NCBI GenBank assembly: GCA_963676915.2
Contig: CAXXVK010000033.1
Span: forward strand, 18,809 to 82,808
Length of the DNA: 64,000 nucleotides
Reading direction: 5' to 3'
From: Myxococcota bacterium
GTDB lineage: Bacteria > Myxococcota_A > SURF-8 > G963663525
The notes beneath the pieces are model-generated. The model saw only the letters and a list, made by a program, of their open reading frames with translations. It ran no database searches and had not been told where the DNA came from. The translations under genes and the position numbers were made by a program. Below, piece after piece: positions 57,955 through 64,000 of this stretch. The stretch's first letter is position 1. Each line of letters opens with the position of its first letter.

Positions 57955-58761
57955 ATGATGAGTGGTTCTTACCTGGAAAACCTGTTGCATAGTGAGATAT
58001 TGCGAGCACCGGTGCTGCATAGGGCTGTTCGTACTTTGGATCTTCCTCTTGGGAGTAGAGGACTCGATGCCGGGTGCGGCGTCGGGTTGCAGTGCAAGCT
58101 TTTGGCTGAAGCTGTTGGGGAGGGGGGACATGTTACCGGCATCGACCTGTCAGACAACTTTGTGCGATATGGCACGAAATGGATCGAAAAAGAAGGGTGG
58201 AGCCAAAGAATATCGCTCGTTCAAGGAAGTATAGAAAAACTTCCGTTCGAAGATAATACCTTTGATTGGGCTTGGAGTGTGGATTGCGTTGGTTACGGAC
58301 CATGGGATGCACAGCCCATGCTCGAGGAACTCCGACGAGTGATTCGGCCTGGTGGACGGCTGGCGCTACTGGCCTGGTCTTCCGAACGGTTGCTTCCCGG
58401 TTATCCTGGTCTTGAAGCAAAGCTTGGCGCGACATCGGTTGGAATGGCACCGTTTTCTGAATCGATGGAGCCTGAGAGGCACGTATTGCGTTTATTGGGG
58501 AAACTGCGGGCTTTAGGGCTGGACAACGTTCGTGCCGAAGCCTTCGTCGGAAGCATTCATGCACCGCTTGATAAAGATTCGAGAAAAGCGATAAAGGATT
58601 TGTTGGAGATGCGCTGGCAGGGGGCGGAAAAAGAGTTGTCCTCCCAAGATCGCGCCGAATTCGTTCGCCTGTGTCATTCGGAATCACCCGATTTCATCCT
58701 CGATCATCCCGACTATTTCGCTTTCTACACTTACTCCATGTTTCATGGAATCGTATCGTAG
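57955..58761 (+). CDS. Class I SAM-dependent methyltransferase
   Basis: GLDAGCGVG, VTGIDLS, LPFEDNTFD, ELRRVIRPGG. Confidence 0.9.
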   Translation: MMSGSYLENLLHSEILRAPVLHRAVRTLDLPLGSRGLDAGCGVGLQCKLLAEAVGEGGHVTGIDLSDNFVRYGTKWIEKEGWSQRISLVQGSIEKLPFEDNTFDWAWSVDCVGYGPWDAQPMLEELRRVIRPGGRLALLAWSSERLLPGYPGLEAKLGATSVGMAPFSESMEPERHVLRLLGKLRALGLDNVRAEAFVGSIHAPLDKDSRKAIKDLLEMRWQGAEKELSSQDRAEFVRLCHSESPDFILDHPDYFAFYTYSMFHGIVS

Positions 58762-58953
58762 AGAAATCTACCGGCAATCCGGAGTGACTCGTTTAGTGAT
58801 TTAATAAAAATTAATCCAAATAGTTTACCGAGAAGTTTGACAACTCCTTCTTAAGGTTTAAGATAGAATTAGTTAAAAATAGAATTCGTTTGTTTTTCGT
58901 TTGTTCAATCACTTTTAGGAGAGATTGAACGATGTAGATATAGGAAGGTTATT

Positions 58954-61230
58954 ATGTTGCGAATCGGTTACCTTTGGGTACTGTTTCTGATTTTATCGAT
59001 AGGTTGTAGCAGTAACGAGGCATCGATAACTTTCGATGCTGATTCTCCCCTGGCGTGCCGTGCGTTTTGTGAAACTGTTTCCTGTGTAGAAAACGGATGT
59101 GGCGGAGCCTGTGGAAGCTGCGATCGTTTGGCTTTCGATGTCGAAGCCAGTGCGTCGTTTTCTTCTGAAATCAGCAGTCTGATCGGCAATTTTTCCATGG
59201 AAGAACTCGGAGACGATGAGCTTCCTGTTGGTTGGTCCCAGGAATCCTGGGGAGATAACTCTCCTGTCTTTTCAATCGTTTCCGATGATGCCGCAGATGG
59301 TGTAACCGCTGCTCGCGTGGAACTGACCGAATGGACAAGCGGAGATGCCAAATGGATTCACGAGCCGGTGGCGGTAACTCCGGAAACGGAATACGTACTC
59401 GGGGACCGGTATCGCTCGAATGTTTACAGTCAGGTGGTTTTACGATTCACGAATGCTTCCGGCGAGGATTCCTATCTTTGGTTGGCTACGCTCGATGCTA
59501 CCGAATCGTGGACACAAACGGAATTTACGTTTTTCACACCTGCCGATGTTGCCACGATGACGGTTTTGCACTTCATCAATACGGTGGGATGGCTGGAAAC
59601 GGATCTTTTCGTATTTAAAGAAGTTGAATCCCTCGTATTCACGGGAATTATTCCTAACGCTTCTTTCGAGCAAAGTCCCGGAGGGCAAACGCCACTGGGT
59701 TGGTACCCGGAAGCATGGGGGAGCAACTCTCCTCAGTTTTCTTACGTGAACGAAGGGGCAGAGGGTAGCCGGAGCGTGCGTGTCGAAATGACGGACTGGG
59801 TAAGTGGAGACGCCAAATGGACCCACGATCCGGTGGAAATCCAAGGTGGCGAGACGTATTCCTATTCCGACTCCTATCGTGCGAACGTAAGCACGGGAGT
59901 GGTGCTGCGAATCATCATGAACGACGAAAGCGTCCGCTACGTCGGTTTGCCGTCCGCTGAAGCTGCCGAAGAATGGACGACGTACGGTGCGGTGTTTACG
60001 TTGCCGGAAGATGCCGCTAAGGTCGCTGTATTGCATCTGATTGCCGCCGATGGCTGGTTGCAGATGGATCAGGTTTCATTGGATGTGGTTAATCCTCTTG
60101 TTACCACGGATGGCATTCCTAATGCCTCGTTGGAACAAACCGTCTTCGGTGAGACGCCCAAAGCCTGGTACACCGAAAACTGGGGGGAGAACGAAGCCAC
60201 ATTCGCCTATCTCGATTCGGGTCATACCGGAGAGCATAGCGTGGAAGTCGTAATGGATGAATACACGTCCGGCGATGCGAAATGGACCTTCGAGCCGGTA
60301 GCGGTTGAAGGTGGGCAAACCTACCAGTTTACGGATAGTTATACCTCAACGGTATCGACCAAGGTGGTCTTGCGACTGCTGGACGAGGATGGTGTAGCCA
60401 GCTATCACGGGTTGAAAAACGCCGTTGCAAGTCCTGACGGCTGGACGACCTACCAGGATGTTTTCACCCTGCCCGAAAGCACGACGCATCTTTCCGTACT
60501 GCATCTGATCGATTCGGTCGGACGGCTGGTCATCGACGATCTGTCCCTTGTCGCTTATGTCCCCGAGGGATTCGAACGAGGGATTGTCAGCCTGACTTTC
60601 GACGATGGTTGGGAAGACAATTATACTACGGCATTGCCGATGATGGCGGAATACGGCATTCTCAGCACCCAATATTACGCCACCACATTTATTGCAAACT
60701 CGGATGAAACGTACAAAATCGATGCATTTGTGGAAGCCGGGCACGAGATCGGCTCCCACACCGTGACGCATCCGTTCCTTTCGCAAATCGATGTGGAATC
60801 GATGCGGCAGGAATTGCTGGATTCCCGTACGTTACTCGAAGGATTCTACGGAGAAGGCAACGTCAAGCATTTTGCCAGTCCTTACGGTGATTACGATGAA
60901 ACCGTGTTGGAGCAAATCGCCGACTTCTACGACACTCACCGCAGCACCGACGAAGGGTACAACTCCAAGGATAACCTGGATCTGATGAACCTCCGTGTGC
61001 AGAACGTCAAAAATACGACGACTTCAGCCGAAATGATCGAGTGGATCAATCGAGCCTATCAGGATGGCACCTGGCTGGTGATCGTGCTGCACCGTGTGGA
61101 TGGCGATCCCGGAGCTTATGACACCACGCCGGAAGTCTTTGGTGAAGCGATAGCCGCTATCGACGAACTGGGTGTCGCCGTGTTGCCGGTCAAGGATGCT
61201 TTGGCCGAGATTCTGCCGCAGATGCCGTAA
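58954..61230 (+). CDS. Lipoprotein: Cys-rich segment + 3 CBM-like repeats + polysaccharide deacetylase (CE4)
   Basis: Lipobox SIG-C; VSLTFDDGW, HEIGSHTVTHP, FASPYG, IVLH. Confidence 0.88.
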   Translation: MLRIGYLWVLFLILSIGCSSNEASITFDADSPLACRAFCETVSCVENGCGGACGSCDRLAFDVEASASFSSEISSLIGNFSMEELGDDELPVGWSQESWGDNSPVFSIVSDDAADGVTAARVELTEWTSGDAKWIHEPVAVTPETEYVLGDRYRSNVYSQVVLRFTNASGEDSYLWLATLDATESWTQTEFTFFTPADVATMTVLHFINTVGWLETDLFVFKEVESLVFTGIIPNASFEQSPGGQTPLGWYPEAWGSNSPQFSYVNEGAEGSRSVRVEMTDWVSGDAKWTHDPVEIQGGETYSYSDSYRANVSTGVVLRIIMNDESVRYVGLPSAEAAEEWTTYGAVFTLPEDAAKVAVLHLIAADGWLQMDQVSLDVVNPLVTTDGIPNASLEQTVFGETPKAWYTENWGENEATFAYLDSGHTGEHSVEVVMDEYTSGDAKWTFEPVAVEGGQTYQFTDSYTSTVSTKVVLRLLDEDGVASYHGLKNAVASPDGWTTYQDVFTLPESTTHLSVLHLIDSVGRLVIDDLSLVAYVPEGFERGIVSLTFDDGWEDNYTTALPMMAEYGILSTQYYATTFIANSDETYKIDAFVEAGHEIGSHTVTHPFLSQIDVESMRQELLDSRTLLEGFYGEGNVKHFASPYGDYDETVLEQIADFYDTHRSTDEGYNSKDNLDLMNLRVQNVKNTTTSAEMIEWINRAYQDGTWLVIVLHRVDGDPGAYDTTPEVFGEAIAAIDELGVAVLPVKDALAEILPQMP
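59180..60560 (+). repeat. Three tandem 465-nt (155-aa) CBM4/9-like domain repeats
   Basis: SGDAKW codons at 59338, 59803 and 60268 (exact 465-nt period); shared NxSxE, WGxN and VLHxI motifs. Confidence 0.85.
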
Positions 61231-61256
61231 GATTTCATTTTTACAGGAAAATTTTT

Positions 61257-61901
61257 CTACACTCCGCGCTGTTCCGGTGGCCAGATGACTTTGTGCTGTT
61301 GAATCAAGCAGCGCACGTCGAGGCGGTCCGCAAGTATCCAGCGAACCAGTGTTGCCGGATTCAGCAAACCGAACGCCGGTTGAAAAAGCACCGGGCAACG
61401 TCCCGCCAGCTTGTAACGCATCATCAGGTTTTTGGCGTACTCGTAATCTCTTGCATCGGCGAGCACGAATTTGATTTGGTCGTCTTCGGTCAGGTGCTCG
61501 ATGTTGTCCCAGTGCATGCGTTCGGACATTCCCGAAGAGGGGCATTTGAGATCCATCACCACAGCCACGCCACCGGGAACGTCTGCGATGTTCAGTGCAC
61601 CTCCCGTTTCGAGAACCACCTGATAATCCCTTTCGAGAAGTTGGGACATCAGTTCCAAGGAGGCAGGTTGCAGGAGTGGTTCGCCACCGGTGAGCAACAC
61701 GTTTGGGATGGAGAACTCCTCGATTTCACGAAGGATATCCGAGATGCTTTTATCCTCGCCTTCATCATAGGCGTAGCGTGTGTCGCACCAGGAACATCGC
61801 AGAGGGCAACCCGACGTACGGACGAAAACGAAAGGCAGTCCGATATAGGTCGATTCTCCGTTGATGCTGGCGAAAATCTCGTTGATTTTGAGTTGGTTCA
61901 T
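61257..61901 (-). CDS. queE: 7-carboxy-7-deazaguanine synthase (radical SAM)
   Basis: [38 protein letters not shown]; adjacent to queC. Confidence 0.94.
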   Translation of the reverse strand: MNQLKINEIFASINGESTYIGLPFVFVRTSGCPLRCSWCDTRYAYDEGEDKSISDILREIEEFSIPNVLLTGGEPLLQPASLELMSQLLERDYQVVLETGGALNIADVPGGVAVVMDLKCPSSGMSERMHWDNIEHLTEDDQIKFVLADARDYEYAKNLMMRYKLAGRCPVLFQPAFGLLNPATLVRWILADRLDVRCLIQQHKVIWPPEQRGV

Positions 61902-62620
61902 GAATGGTTCCGTGTGGCATAAGGTACTGGATCGGTGGCACCGGCGCGTTCGAAACCACGAAGCCGGAGTCGGCAGGATTCGCATTGACCGCAGGCTCGT
62001 CCGTTTGGAGTGGGGTCATAGCAGGAATGTGTAAGGCTGTAATCTACACCTAATTCAAGTCCTTTTTGAATGATTTCGGCTTTCGTCATTTTTATCAGCG
62101 GCGTATGGATCGTTACGGGGCGGTTGTCCTCGGTGCCGGTTTTCGTGCCCAATGCGGCCATTTTTTGGAAAGCTTCGATAAATTCCGGTCTGCAATCCGG
62201 ATATCCGGAGTAGTCCAGCGCATTGACCCCGATGAAAATATCCGTTGAACCGAGGCTTTCCGCCCAGGCCAGAGCAATGGAAAGAAAGATGGTATTTCGG
62301 GCGGGTACGTAGGTCACGGGAATCTGGGTGCCGATGAGGTCGAGCGGCTGGTTCTTGGGAACGGGAATCTGGTCGGTGAGCGCCGAGCCGCCGATCAGGT
62401 CGAGATCGAGATCCAATACAAGACGTTTCTTGACATGAAACGACTGAGCGATTTTTTTCGCGGCGTCCAATTCTATCTTATGACGCTGGCCGTAGCGAAA
62501 ACTCAACGTATAACAATCGAATCCCTGATGATCGGCGATGGCAAGAGCCGTGGCCGAATCGAGGCCGCCCGAAAGCAAAACGACGGCCGGAAGTCCTTGG
62601 GAATGCATTTTTCTCTCCAT
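61898..62620 (-). CDS. queC: 7-cyano-7-deazaguanine synthase
   Basis: SGGLDS, YGQRH, TYVPARN, YPDCR, SCY, CGQCESC. Confidence 0.97.
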   Translation of the reverse strand: MERKMHSQGLPAVVLLSGGLDSATALAIADHQGFDCYTLSFRYGQRHKIELDAAKKIAQSFHVKKRLVLDLDLDLIGGSALTDQIPVPKNQPLDLIGTQIPVTYVPARNTIFLSIALAWAESLGSTDIFIGVNALDYSGYPDCRPEFIEAFQKMAALGTKTGTEDNRPVTIHTPLIKMTKAEIIQKGLELGVDYSLTHSCYDPTPNGRACGQCESCRLRLRGFERAGATDPVPYATRNHS

Positions 62621-62835
62621 AATACTGAAAGTGTGATACTATCAATCTTCAACGTTGGAAAGGCTTCGATTCGGGGGTTCGTTCGGAATCCTCAATGGCG
62701 GGTCTTAGTGGCCAATGGTATCCGGGAAAAACATGATAACCCCGGTAAAATCGCTCGATTGGTGCTCAAAACCTTTCCCTTGAGTCATCATGGCACTTTT
62801 TTCGAAAATTATGAAGGGAAAGACGTGGATTTTCT

Positions 62836-62864
62836 TTGACAACCCGCATTTCAGCGGTTATAAG
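62836..62864 (+). promoter_or_regulatory. Putative sigma70 promoter of rpsO-pnp
   Basis: TTGACA-N17-TATAAG. Confidence 0.7.
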
Positions 62865-62920
62865 GTCGCCGTACTTACGAGGGCTAAAGAATATATTGAA
62901 TTGACAAGGAGACTCAAGAA

Positions 62921-63190
62921 ATGGCTCTGACAACAGAAGAAAAACTGGAAATCGTCAACCAGTTTAAGAAACACAGTTCGGACACCGGTTCACCCGAGGT
63001 TCAAATTGCGTTGCTGACCAAGCGGATCGTCCAACTGACCGAGCACTTCAAAATCCACAAGAAAGACCACCATTCCCGCCGTGGTCTGTTGAAACTCGTC
63101 GGTCAGCGCCGCCGTCTGCTCGATTACGTCAAATCCAAAGATGTCGAGCGATATCGCGGTATTATCAAAGTGCTGGGCATCCGCAAATAA
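62921..63190 (+). CDS. rpsO: 30S ribosomal protein S15
   Basis: [37 protein letters not shown]. Confidence 0.99.
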   Translation: MALTTEEKLEIVNQFKKHSSDTGSPEVQIALLTKRIVQLTEHFKIHKKDHHSRRGLLKLVGQRRRLLDYVKSKDVERYRGIIKVLGIRK

Positions 63191-63220
63191 GGTTTTCCCT
63201 CTGCACATCCGCAATGCAAT

Positions 63221-63252
63221 ACAGGTAGGCACAAGTGTGTCTGCCTGTTTGT
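63221..63252 (+). terminator. Hairpin between rpsO and pnp (terminator or RNase III-type site)
   Basis: ACAGGTAGGCAC-aagt-GTGTCTGCCTGT followed by a T-rich tract. Confidence 0.6.
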
Positions 63253-63295
63253 CTATTTTTGCACTCAAATATTGCACTATTAAAAAGGAAATATA

Positions 63296-64000
63296 ATGAC
63301 TTTTCAAGAAACCGTGGAGTTCGGTGGACGAACATTGACCTTGGAGACTGGCAAGATCGCCAAGCAGGCTGATGGAGCCATTTGGGTTTCTTATGGTGAC
63401 AGTCGCGTGCTGGTTACCGCCGTATCGGAGAAAAAGCAGTCCCGCGAGACCGACTTTTTCCCTCTGACCGTGAATTATCAGGAAAAAATCTACGCCATCG
63501 GCAAAATTCCCGGTGGATTCATCAAACGTGAAACCCGTCCCCACGATGACGAAACCCTGACTTCGCGTCTGATCGATCGCCCGCTTCGTCCTCTGTTCCC
63601 GGATGGATACAAGAACGAAACACAGATCATCGCCAACGTCTTTTCGGCGGATATGGTAAACGATACTCGCACCATGTCGATGATCGGAGCCTCGGCGGCT
63701 CTGCATATCTCGGACGTTCCCTGGGGCGGACCGATTGCCGGTGTTCGAGTGGTCAAAAAGACCGCAGATTCCGAAATGGTGGCCAATCCGCCGATCGATG
63801 AGGTCAAAGGCTCGTACATCAACCTGTTCGTGGCGTGCAGCAAAGACGCCATCGTGATGGTCGAAGGCGAGGGCGAGGAAGCCGGTGAAGAAGAGATGGT
63901 CAACGCGCTGATGTTCGCGTTCGAAACCGCCCAGCCGGTGATCCAGGCTCAAGAGCGACTCCGCGAAAAAGTTGGCAAAGCCAAGCGCGAATTCGTGCCG
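63296..64000 (+). CDS. pnp: Polyribonucleotide nucleotidyltransferase, 3'-truncated by window edge
   Basis: Translated by hand: MTFQETVEFGGRTLTLETGKIAKQADGA...DFFPLTVNYQEK...IPGGFIKRE...SRLIDRPLRPLFP; follows rpsO. Confidence 0.97.
   Translation, partial: MTFQETVEFGGRTLTLETGKIAKQADGAIWVSYGDSRVLVTAVSEKKQSRETDFFPLTVNYQEKIYAIGKIPGGFIKRETRPHDDETLTSRLIDRPLRPLFPDGYKNETQIIANVFSADMVNDTRTMSMIGASAALHISDVPWGGPIAGVRVVKKTADSEMVANPPIDEVKGSYINLFVACSKDAIVMVEGEGEEAGEEEMVNALMFAFETAQPVIQAQERLREKVGKAKREFVP

Noticed and set aside
62791-62806. TGGCAC-N5-TCGAA sigma54-like site before rpsO
   Set aside because: Poor -12 match, and a near-consensus sigma70 promoter lies just downstream
62621-62830. preQ1 riboswitch upstream of queC, or a 7-deazaguanine DNA-modification island
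   Set aside because: No preQ1 aptamer pattern recognised and no dpd or tgt-like genes nearby; looks like housekeeping queuosine synthesis
62990-63952. 320-aa minus-strand ORF
   Set aside because: Antisense to rpsO-pnp; the real gene (pnp) is missing from the track only because it has no stop in the window
1-64000. CRISPR arrays, tRNA, rRNA, IS elements
   Set aside because: No regularly spaced direct repeats, cloverleafs, rRNA signatures or transposase motifs seen by eye; intergenic gaps are all under ~450 nt

Overview
Bacterial chromosomal segment that looks deltaproteobacterial (Desulfobacterota/Myxococcota-like; inferred from gene content and acidic Cys-rich lipoproteins, not verified). 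Left: end of a Cys-rich repeat protein, then an apbE-rseC-rnfC-[inserted acidic Cys-rich lipoprotein]-rnfDGEAB operon, a PLP D-cysteine desulfhydrase-like gene, envelope genes and lgt. Middle (~13.1-55.9 kb): a ~43 kb flagellar cluster in two divergent arms around a sigma54 activator. It encodes basal body, export gate, C-ring, hook, junction, FliA/FlgM and CsrA/FliW, but no flagellin, fliD/fliS or motAB. Its oddities are a 2660-aa FliK-position protein (6-7x the Salmonella hook-length ruler), a stand-alone catalytically degenerate sigma54-activator domain, a HAMP-CheZ fusion, a FlhF with eroded GTPase motifs, a FlgJ-M23 fusion, a displaced inverted fliJ, and five single-base +1 frameshifts (fliJ, cheZ, flhF, two in a TPR gene) that may be sequencing errors. 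Right: a 46-aa membrane peptide missed by the ORF track, DUF1573, radC, a methyltransferase, a triple-repeat polysaccharide deacetylase, queE/queC, rpsO and the start of pnp. No rRNA, tRNA, CRISPR or IS was seen. All calls come from motif recognition and gene context by eye; no searches were run.
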